Notes: generated by a model not told the origin, from the sequence alone. A stretch of DNA of 64,000 nucleotides from an uncultured virus (IMG/VR IMGVR_UViG_3300020189_000007) (IMGVR_UViG_3300020189_000007), one strand, 5' to 3'. Numbered from the stretch's first letter, positions 1-10,568 are shown. Translations and numbers: made by a program.

Positions 1-3000
1 CCCTTGTAGTTAGTCTTCTTGGGTATTAGGTTAGTTACCATCGAATCGAAGGACTGGTCTATCCATCTAAAAAACTCAAAAAAGCTAGTGTAGTTAACTT
101 CCCCGACCAAGCGGTTGAAGTATATCTCTCTCATCTGACGGAGGTCGAAATACTCTTCTGAAAACATAGTGTTTGGTGAACCAAGAGCGGTGTCAAGGGC
201 GTTTAGTGTGGCAAAGATTTTCATAATGTCTTCGTTAAGAGCTTGAGATACTGAGAACTCTATTGAGAATCTTACATCGTCTACAGGCTCAGTGGCTCTT
301 GGAATCTCATATATCGGAGCTGGTAGCGTGTCATACTCTGCAATGTTCTCGCCTTCTGTCATACCCAATATCCTCACCTTATTAGATGTCGATGGCTCGT
401 CAAAAAGATATGATATCGCGCTATAGTCGAATCTTTCAGGCTTTATGACTTGAGTCGATGCCTCAAAGCCCCTAAGAGTGCTGAACCCTCCTGGGTTAGA
501 GCTAGACGCAAACTGTTGCGAAAAATCTATCAAGGGGTCTATTACACCGCTGACATCTGTTGTGGTAACAGGTTGGTCTGTCGAGATATCTAGTCTCAGT
601 TTCTCGAATGAACCAGTGATCTCATGAGAAAAACCGAAGTTCTTTAGAGGGTCTTCTACACCCAAAGAAGTAAAGTTCCTCGTGTGTTCTTTCATTTCTT
701 CTTGTGTCAAGGCTTTCGACCAAAACCTTGTGTGACCCATTAGCCCAGAAAAGTTTGTTGTTCTAGCTTTTTCAACTATTGTGCTATCATTTAAGTGGCG
801 AGAAATAGAGTCGTCTAGTGTCTGGCTTCCAACCACTATGAAAGAGCCTGATGCGTTCAGCGTCGTGCCAAGATAATCTTTCTTTTGGAACGCATTTTCT
901 CCAACGACATTTGAGTCCAAGAACAAAGACGATGTTGTGTAATATTCCAGTATCTCGCCATTCTCTTGTCTGGCAAGAGTCAGAAAGTAGCTTGATGACA
1001 CATAGCTGTCTATCTCATCATTTCTCTTTCTTCCCGCGGATACGTACCATTTATTTCCGTCGAAGATGTTGACATCATTAATAGAGAGAGTTAATAGATC
1101 ATCTGAGGTTTCAAAGCCGGGTCGGCAATACAGCGTCACTATTCCATTCTCGGCATCTTCGTCAATATTGGGGTCTGCTACCAAGTTCACAATCACGTTG
1201 TGCGATACAGACGATCCAGTTGTGTGTAGTCGTAAAAGACTTTGTGGATCATAAAAATTTCTAGTTGTAGGAAACTTAAATCTACTTTCTATCGACCAGC
1301 TTCCGGATGTGAACAAGCCGTCATTTTCAGAGTTGGATATGCCGTGTGGAGAATACTCTTCCTGTTGTATCATTACTCCAGAAATGTCAGGATAACCGAC
1401 TTCTATCCTAGACCCAGTCAAGAAAGAAGATATTAGGTTTGGCTTGTTGCTGTTGTATCCCTGTACGTCTGTTGTAGCAGAGGGAGTGTAGGAGATACTT
1501 CCCGAAAAATCTAGTAACGTCGATATTTCTGTTATCTTTTTTCTTGACCGGCCGAGCCGAAGTTGGTTTTCACTCCCGTACTCAACGAATCGAAACATCC
1601 TATCCGGATCGATACCGGCGGATCTAAATAGGGATTTTATACTATGCAGTGTCCCTTTCGATCGTACAATCTCAGGTAGATTAATTAATATTCTACGCCA
1701 TATTTCGTTCTGTAGTGCCAGAAGGCCCGGTACTTTCCCAGCAACTATAGATTCACCGTCAAAGAATTGGTCATAACTTGCGTTCCTAAACATGCTAGAA
1801 AGCTCAAAACCGTAATACTCAGATAACATTGGTAAAAGCTGGTTCGCTATCGATTCCTCTGATTCATAGTCTATATGAACTAGTTCAGATGCATGATCGA
1901 TCATTTGCTTTAATTCGTCGAACATTCTGGCCCACATAAACAACAGAGCTGATATGATCTGTGGTTGTCCCATCTTGGCTGCGCCAGGAACAGAATATGC
2001 GTCAGGTGATTGTTCTATACCGTTCAAGGTTGTGCCATAATCGCTTTGTCCAGTTGAGGCTTTTGCAACTTCAAAGTAATGATCAGGAATAAGCTTTGTT
2101 ATCAAGTTAGGGTTATTGGCATCATAGTTAGAAGCGCTAACCAACAACTGCTCGTTTAAAGAAATGACGTCAGGATGACTTGGAAACAGCGTAGGATGAT
2201 ATACAGAACTTTCAAATAAGCATAAACTGTCGTAAGGCTTTTCAGAGCGTATTCCGGCGTCGTAGTTGACAATCCTGGAGTGTAAACTCTCACCAGAAGA
2301 ATCTAAAACAACTGAATTGTTTTGATAGCTTCCCGTTGCCTCATTAAACCTTAAGTTTAAGACGTTCATGCTGTTACTGTCGGCAAAAAGAGTCCTTTTT
2401 ATATAGCGGTCAATTTCAGATGATGTTCTTGTCTTATGGTATACTCTAAAGTTATTGATTGACCCTGAAAACGTTTGAGTTGGCGTAAAGCTACTGATTG
2501 CTAAAGTTGAGCCTGATCCGATCAGTAACGAATTTCCCGCAGTACTAATTGAATCAAAAGATACCCTATCCGAGGTTGCGACAACAACACTTCCAGACAA
2601 TATCTTTGCTCTCTTCTCCTGTATAGAGTTATCATAAGAGAGACAGACGTGGGTAAAGCTACCCTTTTCAATCTCAGTTGTTGCAGATGCAGTAGTCGAC
2701 CCACTAAAGACTGTGAATGTTAGATCAGCTTTAGAGCTCGATGTTGATGCTCTTGTGAATGCAGCATACCCAACATCATTATTCGAATTATGATATAAGA
2801 TGTATTGGTCATTAGATGCTTCGCTAGGTATTGCCAAGTCTAGCTCAATAAAAATTGGATTTGAGCGGGGGTTCAAGACAGTCTTGGCAGATACCTTCTT
2901 AGAGATAGAAGGAAATATAACACCTGCTTTATCTATGACTTCCACATACTCATTGTTACCATGAAAGGTCAGATAGCCGGTATATGATGGGTATATATCT

Positions 3001-3362
3001 AAAATGTACTTCTCAAATCCTGATAGGTCATCAAGCCAGTCTTCGTACTCTTTCTTTGTTCCGTCAAACGGAAACTTGTTAATAATTTTTTCGTACGCTA
3101 AATTAACGTTTACCTCAGCAGAAGAAAAGAACGTGTGATTTTCAAACTTCGAAAAATCTAAAGGAAGCTGTTGCGATGACTTAAGGGGAGACCCTGGAGG
3201 ATCATAACGGAATGACCCAGACGGAGTATCATTAACCTCCTTTGATCCAGAGACAGAGCCCAATGTCTGTTCTTTTAAGACTCCAGACGATTTTGTATAT
3301 TTTCTTACAACAGCTGGTGTAAACAACTTTTGGTTTGAGAAAACGTTCTTTTTTCTTGACAT
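1..3362 (-). CDS. Large virion/baseplate structural protein (>1100 aa, runs off the left edge)
   Basis: Not in the ORF track because no stop lies in the window. ATG at 3362 reads MSRKKNVFSNQKLFTPAVV...FENHTFFSSAEVNV; the same frame reads FFEFFRWIDQSFDSMVTNLIPKKTNYKG at the edge. Directly downstream of baseplate genes. Confidence 0.8.
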   Translation of the reverse strand, partial: MSRKKNVFSNQKLFTPAVVRKYTKSSGVLKEQTLGSVSGSKEVNDTPSGSFRYDPPGSPLKSSQQLPLDFSKFENHTFFSSAEVNVNLAYEKIINKFPFDGTKKEYEDWLDDLSGFEKYILDIYPSYTGYLTFHGNNEYVEVIDKAGVIFPSISKKVSAKTVLNPRSNPIFIELDLAIPSEASNDQYILYHNSNNDVGYAAFTRASTSSSKADLTFTVFSGSTTASATTEIEKGSFTHVCLSYDNSIQEKRAKILSGSVVVATSDRVSFDSISTAGNSLLIGSGSTLAISSFTPTQTFSGSINNFRVYHKTRTSSEIDRYIKRTLFADSNSMNVLNLRFNEATGSYQNNSVVLDSSGESLHSRIVNYDAGIRSEKPYDSLCLFESSVYHPTLFPSHPDVISLNEQLLVSASNYDANNPNLITKLIPDHYFEVAKASTGQSDYGTTLNGIEQSPDAYSVPGAAKMGQPQIISALLFMWARMFDELKQMIDHASELVHIDYESEESIANQLLPMLSEYYGFELSSMFRNASYDQFFDGESIVAGKVPGLLALQNEIWRRILINLPEIVRSKGTLHSIKSLFRSAGIDPDRMFRFVEYGSENQLRLGRSRKKITEISTLLDFSGSISYTPSATTDVQGYNSNKPNLISSFLTGSRIEVGYPDISGVMIQQEEYSPHGISNSENDGLFTSGSWSIESRFKFPTTRNFYDPQSLLRLHTTGSSVSHNVIVNLVADPNIDEDAENGIVTLYCRPGFETSDDLLTLSINDVNIFDGNKWYVSAGRKRNDEIDSYVSSSYFLTLARQENGEILEYYTTSSLFLDSNVVGENAFQKKDYLGTTLNASGSFIVVGSQTLDDSISRHLNDSTIVEKARTTNFSGLMGHTRFWSKALTQEEMKEHTRNFTSLGVEDPLKNFGFSHEITGSFEKLRLDISTDQPVTTTDVSGVIDPLIDFSQQFASSSNPGGFSTLRGFEASTQVIKPERFDYSAISYLFDEPSTSNKVRILGMTEGENIAEYDTLPAPIYEIPRATEPVDDVRFSIEFSVSQALNEDIMKIFATLNALDTALGSPNTMFSEEYFDLRQMREIYFNRLVGEVNYTSFFEFFRWIDQSFDSMVTNLIPKKTNYK

Positions 3363-3364
3363 TC

Positions 3365-4918
3365 TTATACCACCGTGAAAGATATATCATCTAGACTGAA
3401 CAACCTCTCGATACCTCGGTCATTTACTAAAAGATGTATAGTGTACGTCCGGCCCTTTGGAAGACCAGCTGTCAAGAACGAAATATACATTCCATCCGCG
3501 TCTGTTGAAACGCGAGTTGAATTTCTTATCTTGTCGAATGGAACGATGATTGTGCCTGTTTCTTTGTCTACAAGTCTATAATGAGCAACATCAAATACCT
3601 CGCTTGTTCTTCTTCTAGGAAGCTTATAGGCTTTCTCATTTAGTGTCTTGTCGAGGTCCTCTACGAATAGTCTAAAACTCGCTTCATCACCTTCCCTGTA
3701 TGCCGTCTGTGCATTCACAACAGAAACATGTAATCTTCTATTAGAAAATCCCGCTGTGCTTCTAGAACCCTTTCTGATCTTCACAGAACCGCTAAAGAAT
3801 GAAACAGTCAAATCATTAGAGGACCAAATTTCTTTTAGCTCTATCTCATCGACGTATTTCGTAGAATTACCGAAGAAGGTTGTGTTAAACTCATCTAAGT
3901 TAAAAGTTCCAGAATATACGCCTACCATACCAGAACCGTCTGTCGACCCAGTATGTTGAGACACAGATACGTTGAACGTCGTCTCTGTAATCGTACCTGA
4001 TCCTGATACGAACCTCAGGTTCAAACAGTTCTGTCCTGTTAGTTCAGTCAGCGCTGACCCACTGACGAGATTTGCAGGACGTCCTGAAATGAAGTTCTTT
4101 AAAAACAAAGATGATGACACATTAAACTGTAGGTCTAAATGCCGATCTTGGATTGAGTTGTCCCAGGTCAAAAGTAGTCTTGGAACAAGAAGTCTATTTC
4201 TTGAATGTCTAGAAGCAAACCTCTTCACAAATCGTGTTTTAGTGTCGCTTTCGTAGGAGCCGCTAAAAGCTATTCTGAAGCCGTGATTGACCATATCATT
4301 CGCTAATGATGAAGAGACCTGCTTGGTCACGTCTAACACCAGATTACCGGGTCCTTCAACAAAAGTCTTGGAAGCTCCAAAGTCAATCTCCGCCGAGCCT
4401 ATTGAGCCACTAGTGATATAGTCGATACCAGAAGAATTAAGATATCCACCCTGGCCTGAGCCCGTCACATTCCATAGAGAAGGTGTTCCAGCAGTTACGG
4501 AAGCAGTTATAAAGTTTGCAACATCGACATCAGAAAACTGTGAAGTACTCTTTCCAGAACCTTCATCAAACTTCACCGCTAGAGGATTGGCAATGACGGA
4601 AAAATCTCTAGGGACCGGCACACCTGAATTAACTTCTGTTAATTGAAGTTCGGCTTTAAAAGTATCGCTATTCAGATCTAGACTGCTTGAAGTAAGAGAG
4701 ACTAAGTTTTCATAATCAAACTTAATCAGTATTCTCGATAACTCACTGACAGAACTAGTCACTATGGTTCCATTCTGCGTGAATATCGACTCATCATATA
4801 ACTTAAACAGATCCAGAGTGCCAGCCCTACCTACGTTTGCGTCGGTGGCTCTAAATTTATTTTGTAAGATTTTGTCAGTGATGTATGTATCAGAGCTAGC
4901 TGTAATGATATAGAACAT
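3365..4918 (-). CDS. Putative virion structural protein (beta-rich, S/T/G-rich)
   Basis: 517 aa ORF tightly packed in the baseplate operon; many (S/T)GS and (S/T)AS motifs. Confidence 0.6.
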   Translation of the reverse strand: MFYIITASSDTYITDKILQNKFRATDANVGRAGTLDLFKLYDESIFTQNGTIVTSSVSELSRILIKFDYENLVSLTSSSLDLNSDTFKAELQLTEVNSGVPVPRDFSVIANPLAVKFDEGSGKSTSQFSDVDVANFITASVTAGTPSLWNVTGSGQGGYLNSSGIDYITSGSIGSAEIDFGASKTFVEGPGNLVLDVTKQVSSSLANDMVNHGFRIAFSGSYESDTKTRFVKRFASRHSRNRLLVPRLLLTWDNSIQDRHLDLQFNVSSSLFLKNFISGRPANLVSGSALTELTGQNCLNLRFVSGSGTITETTFNVSVSQHTGSTDGSGMVGVYSGTFNLDEFNTTFFGNSTKYVDEIELKEIWSSNDLTVSFFSGSVKIRKGSRSTAGFSNRRLHVSVVNAQTAYREGDEASFRLFVEDLDKTLNEKAYKLPRRRTSEVFDVAHYRLVDKETGTIIVPFDKIRNSTRVSTDADGMYISFLTAGLPKGRTYTIHLLVNDRGIERLFSLDDISFTVV

Positions 4919-4925
4919 GTTTTAT

Positions 4926-6770
4926 TTACCTCACTGTTACCACGATATCATTTGCTGGATACTTCAGCTCAAATATCGATCCAGGTTGACCTACCACCAT
5001 TCGTTGCATTGTATTCGCGTCGACGTTGAATGAGACATCGCTATAAGTTCTGTCTTCTATCGTGCCAGAAAGATTTACCACCCTAAAGTCTATTAGCGAT
5101 ATCACACCGGCACTGTTTAATATTGAGTTCATTATATCTGCAGATGCGATCGGTTGATCTATTTGCATATTCTTCAGTGCCAGAAGGTTAGTGAGGTTTG
5201 ATATAATCCCTTGCGCAACCTGACCTTTGTTTGAGTCAGGATGGGCAACTACGTCGATGTGTACTCCAAAATTGATTATTCTAGCATCTAGTATATCGTA
5301 AGCATCGCTAACGGCTCGGAATTCGTTTAAGTAAGTACGTAAGTTTTTCTTCAAAGTGTCAGATGACATTTTTAAAGTTCCAGATCTTGATCTAGAAATC
5401 ACGAAGATCTGGCTGGCTAGAGAATTTATAGGGTTGGGTCTTATGCCGACCCTAAACACTCTTCCAAACTCATTGGGGAGTGTGTAGATCCTCGCTATTA
5501 AATCAGGCTTTGTAATGATTCTTGACTGACTGTTTCTAGCAGCTGGTATTTGCGACCGCAAATCCTCAAGCGTTGGCGCTCTATCTCCGTCCATCGCCGG
5601 GAGAGGGTTAGTAACATCTATACTTGCCCTAACAAGAGCGGAGTCACTGGCACTTGCGTTTTGTGGAAACTTTATGAAGAGCTTAGTGACAGTCTTTATC
5701 ATGTCTGCCGCTACATTGTGCTTTAATCCGCCACCAGCTCTATAGGCTACAGTTAGTGTCGTGTTTCTCGGTGATATTCCCAAGGTCTGCGTTTGCATTA
5801 GCTTGTTAGGATCTAAAGAAAATCTTGTGAAAGTAGTCTTCCCGTAAAGAGGTAATGCTAACTCAGATGGGTCAGGTAGCAAGTCATTATCTGTTGTGGT
5901 TGCGTCTCCGGAGCCGAATTGTAAAGATGTCAACTTAGTGTCATAATCATAATATGAAACAAATCTCCTGGGAGCTGGTATGACTTCTAAATTATGAGAA
6001 ACGTCGTCTCGGTCTACAGACACGTTTTCTACTCTTTTAAATACCGTGTCTTGTGATAGCGATTCAACTTCATAATATTGATTATCATCACTATCTTTCA
6101 CGCTTATTATAGATGTTATGTTCTCATCAGGAAGGATAATCTTTCTAAAAGGTTTAGAAACGTTAGAGATCGCAAATTGCTCCTCTTTTCTTATTCCAGA
6201 CAACACCAGACCATTTCTTACGACCACAAATGAAGTAGGATTGGAGTCATCATCTGTTTCAACAACGATAGAGTCATACAGGTAATTACCAGCAGAATCT
6301 TTTTCAGAAAAATCAACATCCGCAGTTAGGGAAAACGGTACACCATCCTTAGAGACGAAAGTTGTCGCCGCTTGGACTATCGGAAGCAGATTTCTCTTAG
6401 GTATTATTTCGTCGTCGACGGTCTCTGCTGGCACTTCAAAATAAAGCTTTATCATCGCGACAGCTGGGTTTGCGCCACGAGCCTTAACACCTGCGTTTCT
6501 AAGATGTCTCTTGATGTTTCTATTCTCTATAGCTGTTGACCAGTTTAACTCGTTGAACTGATGATCTAGATAGAATGACATGGTGTCGCCGACATATGCA
6601 GCCATGTCTAGTAAGAGTCCCCCTAACCCGGGCTCTGTAAAGTCCTGTATCTTGTCAGAGAAAAAAAGCTTTGCGTGTGAATACAGCTCGTTTCTAAAAG
6701 ATTGAAAATCTCTTGCAAGATAATTTCTTTTCGTCGCGTTCTTTAATTGTTTTTTTGCGTCAATAGCCAT
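4926..6770 (-). CDS. Baseplate wedge protein (T4 gp6 / baseplate J-like)
   Basis: N-terminal NYLARDFQSFRNEL...DFTEPGLGGLLLDMAAYVGDTMSFYLDHQFNE, plus LQFGSG, YRAGGG and QSRIITKPD motifs typical of gp6-like wedges. Confidence 0.85.
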   Translation of the reverse strand: MAIDAKKQLKNATKRNYLARDFQSFRNELYSHAKLFFSDKIQDFTEPGLGGLLLDMAAYVGDTMSFYLDHQFNELNWSTAIENRNIKRHLRNAGVKARGANPAVAMIKLYFEVPAETVDDEIIPKRNLLPIVQAATTFVSKDGVPFSLTADVDFSEKDSAGNYLYDSIVVETDDDSNPTSFVVVRNGLVLSGIRKEEQFAISNVSKPFRKIILPDENITSIISVKDSDDNQYYEVESLSQDTVFKRVENVSVDRDDVSHNLEVIPAPRRFVSYYDYDTKLTSLQFGSGDATTTDNDLLPDPSELALPLYGKTTFTRFSLDPNKLMQTQTLGISPRNTTLTVAYRAGGGLKHNVAADMIKTVTKLFIKFPQNASASDSALVRASIDVTNPLPAMDGDRAPTLEDLRSQIPAARNSQSRIITKPDLIARIYTLPNEFGRVFRVGIRPNPINSLASQIFVISRSRSGTLKMSSDTLKKNLRTYLNEFRAVSDAYDILDARIINFGVHIDVVAHPDSNKGQVAQGIISNLTNLLALKNMQIDQPIASADIMNSILNSAGVISLIDFRVVNLSGTIEDRTYSDVSFNVDANTMQRMVVGQPGSIFELKYPANDIVVTVR

Positions 6771-6774
6771 TCAA

Positions 6775-7272
6775 TCATCCTGCACTATACAAAATTACCT
6801 CAATTTGACGAAGGTCGGTACGAAGCTTAGGTATGGTGTAGCCTAAATTGACTCCGATCTTTGCGACTTCTTTGTTGTCAAACAGATCAATAATCGGTGT
6901 AAACGTCTCTAAAGAAACGTAGGGCATGTACTTTGAAACAGCAGAGTTGATTCTAGACATCGCTTCAGATTGAGTATCTGATTCCTGTAGTTCGAACGTC
7001 AGTTCCATCAGGTTAGCTCCAAAGTCAGGTAGTCCCAATCTTTCTCCATGGTTACAAAGTATCAAGTTCAATAAGTTGTCATGTATCTGATCTGGAAAAT
7101 TATCATGCATTTCCAGAAAAGCTCCGCCCTTTTCAGACAAAGCAACGGGAGTCTTTATACCCACAGGTGGACGCTGTAGGTCGGAGTTCGCGAGCTTCTT
7201 CTTTAGCTCGGCTGTATTCCCTACAGATTTGAAACTGTAAGTTTTTGTATTTACTCTTCGTTCAATTGACAT
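6775..7272 (-). CDS. Baseplate wedge gp25-like protein
   Basis: LLNLILCNHGERLGLPDFGANL matches the GPW/gp25 GER..P.FG motif; ATG at 7272 preferred over the upstream GTG. Confidence 0.85.
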   Translation of the reverse strand: MSIERRVNTKTYSFKSVGNTAELKKKLANSDLQRPPVGIKTPVALSEKGGAFLEMHDNFPDQIHDNLLNLILCNHGERLGLPDFGANLMELTFELQESDTQSEAMSRINSAVSKYMPYVSLETFTPIIDLFDNKEVAKIGVNLGYTIPKLRTDLRQIEVILYSAG

Positions 7273-7293
7273 AACTTGTTCCACCACCACTCA

Positions 7294-7300
7294 TAAATAT
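7294..7300 (-). promoter_or_regulatory. Putative late-promoter motif ATATTTA
   Basis: The same ATA(T/C)TTA heptamer lies shortly upstream of several other starts (35104, 48367, 52618, 53273, 53679, 54317, 54572). Confidence 0.5.
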
Positions 7301-7330
7301 CCATTGCTCAAAAATAGTGGTGATGTTTTG

Positions 7331-7600
7331 TCATATCAATATCCCAGAACCTATTCCGACGCCTGTTCCTACCACAGGTCCTGGAACACCACCGCCTACT
7401 CCGACTACAGCTGTATTAACTAGTGTAACTTGTACGACAGCTTGAGTAACATAAGCATTAATAGCTGTAGCAAGATCGTTAGCCAACTGGTCTATAATAG
7501 CGTCGGGGTTGGCACCGTCTTCTTTGCCAGCATTCCTAACTCTCTTGAAAGCGGCGGCTATTTGAGTCTCTAACGGTACTTTTGCAACTGATAATGGCAT
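7331..7600 (-). CDS. Small baseplate-associated protein
   Basis: 89 aa with a Gly/Val-rich C-terminus, between the gp5-like and gp25-like genes. Confidence 0.6.
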   Translation of the reverse strand: MPLSVAKVPLETQIAAAFKRVRNAGKEDGANPDAIIDQLANDLATAINAYVTQAVVQVTLVNTAVVGVGGGVPGPVVGTGVGIGSGILI

Positions 7601-7609
7601 TTCTCTCTC

Positions 7610-9451
7610 CTATTCTCCGAATATTCTTTCAGACTGTAAGTCTGGTATTTCGCCTATACGGGAAGACATTGCAGCCTTTAATGCGTTTGCAGCTGAATTC
7701 AATTGAACTGATGGAGCACCATACCCAGGTGTTGTGTGAGTCAACACTGTATCACAAAATGTTTGCACGTCTTTCATCATCGCAGTTAACAAGTCTTCTA
7801 GCTGCTGGTACTTCACATAAGGTTGAGAATTACCCTCTCCTGGACCCTTGTTATCGGCACCCAGTCCACCATCATCAGGATGCCGACCTAGTACTATTCT
7901 AGAGCCAGTTATCTGTACAGTACCGTCAGGAAGTAACATGATGGTGGCGAGATCACCATCTGGTGTCCCCTCTTTAACCAGCCGTATAGAACCATTAATT
8001 TCTGGTGCTCCTTCTACAGGTGAACCTGCTTCAAGCTTACGAGCTATGACTCTTATCTCATCAGCCTTTGTTGTGATCGCAGAAGGATACTCCCCTTCCT
8101 TGTTCACCAAATCGTATTGACCGAACGATTCGCCGATAGGAGTCGGAAGAGTTGCACCGATCTCCGCAATATTAAAGTTTTCGTCCGTCTTAGAGCCATG
8201 AGAAATTATTATTCTTGCAGCGTCGCTAAAGAAATCCGGGTCGCCTTCAGTCGGGTTATCCTTTCTGTTCTCCTCTGCGTTATCAGACTCTTGAGGATTC
8301 TTGTTTACTTCAACCCACGCTTCACGGCCTTGGTCTGCATCTGGAGAGTTCAGTATGACGCGAGCGGATGGACTTAGAGGCTCTGAGCTTGTTGAAGTTT
8401 CGACTTCTTCACCCAGCATTCTCCAGTTGTACCTGCCACGTCCGGCAACAATATCGATTGCTCCCCATACGTGATCTTTTTTCTCAGTAAGCTGATCTTC
8501 TGTCTCTGTCGCGTTTGAGGTCTCGCTATCTGCCGGACTGTCATCGTGGCGCCATCCTCTTTCTTCGCCTAAGCATATAAGAGTATTGTTTGAACCTTGC
8601 AGCACTAGGTCACCAGGACGTTTCGTATATCTTGGCACATCTTGAGTACGAAACTGATTATAGGCGGAAGCCAAGTTGACAATCTCTTCGTAAGCAAACT
8701 CTTCTGCTAAAGTGTAACCATCAGCCTCGCCGGTTCCATTGGGAAAGCCAAAAATACGATCATCTATTCCGTCTTCATTCTTATCGAATGTTTCTTTTTT
8801 TCCCTCAGCTTGTCCTGTAGAGCTTGATGGTGAAGTGTCCGTTTTTTCAGATGAACCAGTTGCTGCGTCAGCTTTTTCCTTTGATGTTTTTGGAGCGAGT
8901 GATCCAGAAAATTTTCTGTCTGAGTGAGTGTAGTTAATGTCGTCTATATGATCTGGCTCTGTAACTCTGCACATCCAGTACATTATCTTAGAAGGTGTAT
9001 CAGGAGACTCAGTGACCAGCCAGACTTGCTCTCCAGGTTTGAGAGGCATGCAGAGATGAGGTGGAAAGAACGGATAAGCCAGTATACCTACCTTCCCTAT
9101 CGCGTCTTTTTCCTCAACCGGCTCTTTGTTTTCGTCAGCTTTTTGCTGTTCTTCCTCTGTGACTTGTTCTCTCGCGACTTCTGCTTTCTTGTCAGCGCCG
9201 GCAGTGGTAACTCTCGCAATGATTGAATTTCGTGGTGCTGAGGCGACCAAGTCAGGAACATTAACTAGCGATTTGAGCTCCTCTATGTCCTCATCTGGTA
9301 TGGCAGCTAAATCGTAAAGTACTTCCACCACTACAGCTCGAAGTAAGGTCTGTGTAGGACTGGCCGTGGCCTGCTGTTGGACGACGTCAGCTACGCTAGA
9401 TCTTGTCTCTAACGATTCCGATACCGCATCTTTTCCTACGTTGCTAGCCAT
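7610..9451 (-). CDS. Baseplate hub / central spike (gp5-like) protein
   Basis: AYPFFP..MPLKPGEQVWLV (OB-fold-like), PGDLVLQGSNNTLICLG, C-terminal HTTPGYGAP; position upstream of gp25. Confidence 0.6.
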   Translation of the reverse strand: MASNVGKDAVSESLETRSSVADVVQQQATASPTQTLLRAVVVEVLYDLAAIPDEDIEELKSLVNVPDLVASAPRNSIIARVTTAGADKKAEVAREQVTEEEQQKADENKEPVEEKDAIGKVGILAYPFFPPHLCMPLKPGEQVWLVTESPDTPSKIMYWMCRVTEPDHIDDINYTHSDRKFSGSLAPKTSKEKADAATGSSEKTDTSPSSSTGQAEGKKETFDKNEDGIDDRIFGFPNGTGEADGYTLAEEFAYEEIVNLASAYNQFRTQDVPRYTKRPGDLVLQGSNNTLICLGEERGWRHDDSPADSETSNATETEDQLTEKKDHVWGAIDIVAGRGRYNWRMLGEEVETSTSSEPLSPSARVILNSPDADQGREAWVEVNKNPQESDNAEENRKDNPTEGDPDFFSDAARIIISHGSKTDENFNIAEIGATLPTPIGESFGQYDLVNKEGEYPSAITTKADEIRVIARKLEAGSPVEGAPEINGSIRLVKEGTPDGDLATIMLLPDGTVQITGSRIVLGRHPDDGGLGADNKGPGEGNSQPYVKYQQLEDLLTAMMKDVQTFCDTVLTHTTPGYGAPSVQLNSAANALKAAMSSRIGEIPDLQSERIFGE

Positions 9452-9457
9452 CTAAAA

Positions 9458-9826
9458 CTATCCTTGAATTTGATCGAACAAATCGTCAGCGTTAATCTTA
9501 TTGAAGTCATCTTCAGAGCGCGCCATTATTTCCGCTAGCTTAAGTAATTGATCGTTCGCTTTGTTCATTCTTTCCAGGTATTTACTCAAAGTCGATCCCA
9601 GCGTCGCATGCTCAGTTGTACCTTGGCTCATCGTTGTATATGCCTCTACAAATAGAACGTGAGCATTTTGTCTGTCTGTTATCGCATTCTCATAAATCTC
9701 TTTCCAGAGAATCTTCTTCTTTGCATCAGCATGCTCTAATTTCTGAAGTACTTCAGAAAAATCTTTGACCTTCTTTTTTAGCTCATCAAAATCTTGTAGA
9801 GCATTTGAAACTTTATCTAAACTCAT
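9458..9826 (-). CDS. Hypothetical helical protein
   Basis: 122 aa ORF closely spaced between the sigma and spike genes. Confidence 0.7.
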   Translation of the reverse strand: MSLDKVSNALQDFDELKKKVKDFSEVLQKLEHADAKKKILWKEIYENAITDRQNAHVLFVEAYTTMSQGTTEHATLGSTLSKYLERMNKANDQLLKLAEIMARSEDDFNKINADDLFDQIQG

Positions 9827-9833
9827 ACGTACC

Positions 9834-10568
9834 TCAGAATAAATCTACCAATCTTTCGTCTTTCACTATGTCCTTGTAGTGCTTTCGAATCCTAGACATC
9901 GCAACAGATAGTTGTTTTGAATTTAAGCCAGATATCTCTCGGATATAAACGTATATTGCACGTTTATTTAAGAAATCCAGATTGTCTATATTCTCAAAGA
10001 CTGTTCGGATTGCTTTTACACATGTGACCTCATTCTGCTTTTTAACTCTGTTTTCTATTTCTGTGATTACACTAAATAGCTCATTCTTGTAATTTGCTTG
10101 TTCTAATATATCTTCAGGTGAGGGTACAACTTGATGGCTAGCAATAGTGTGCTTATCGTTTGAGTTCAATACTGACATATCTGACATTGAAACGTGACGG
10201 TGGAAATTCTTTTTAGCATTTCTACATCTTATGATTAGCCAGTTTTTGGCTACTACATTAAAATAAGAAAATGCTTTCGTTCCTCTTTCTGGATCCCACT
10301 TATGTATTGTCTCGTAAAGGAAAGCCACGCAATCATCTTTCATCGAAGCAACAGTCTCATATGGAGAATTAAACCCGTATACGTATATAAGACTCTCAGC
10401 AAGCTGCTCAAACGCGGGAGCTATCTCTTTTTTGTAGATGACTTCTCTGGCGTCTTTATCTTCCTCTTGCTGGTATGACTCTATTGAAACCTGAGTGTCT
10501 TTGGTGAAATACATATTTCTTTTTTGACCAGGTTTTCTTCTTATAATCTTCTTCTTCTTTATTGTCAC
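9834..10568 (-). CDS. RNA polymerase sigma factor, T4 gp55-like (late transcription)
   Basis: Region-2-like DCVAFLYETIHKWDPERGTKAFSYFNVVAKNWL; N-terminal YFTK motif; C-terminal HTH-like segment. Confidence 0.75.
   Translation of the reverse strand: MTIKKKKIIRRKPGQKRNMYFTKDTQVSIESYQQEEDKDAREVIYKKEIAPAFEQLAESLIYVYGFNSPYETVASMKDDCVAFLYETIHKWDPERGTKAFSYFNVVAKNWLIIRCRNAKKNFHRHVSMSDMSVLNSNDKHTIASHQVVPSPEDILEQANYKNELFSVITEIENRVKKQNEVTCVKAIRTVFENIDNLDFLNKRAIYVYIREISGLNSKQLSVAMSRIRKHYKDIVKDERLVDLF

Noticed and set aside
1..3364. Apparent 3.3-kb gene-poor region with short ORFs in the track
   Set aside because: It is occupied by one long minus-strand CDS starting at 3362 whose stop lies outside the window; the short ORFs are shadows.
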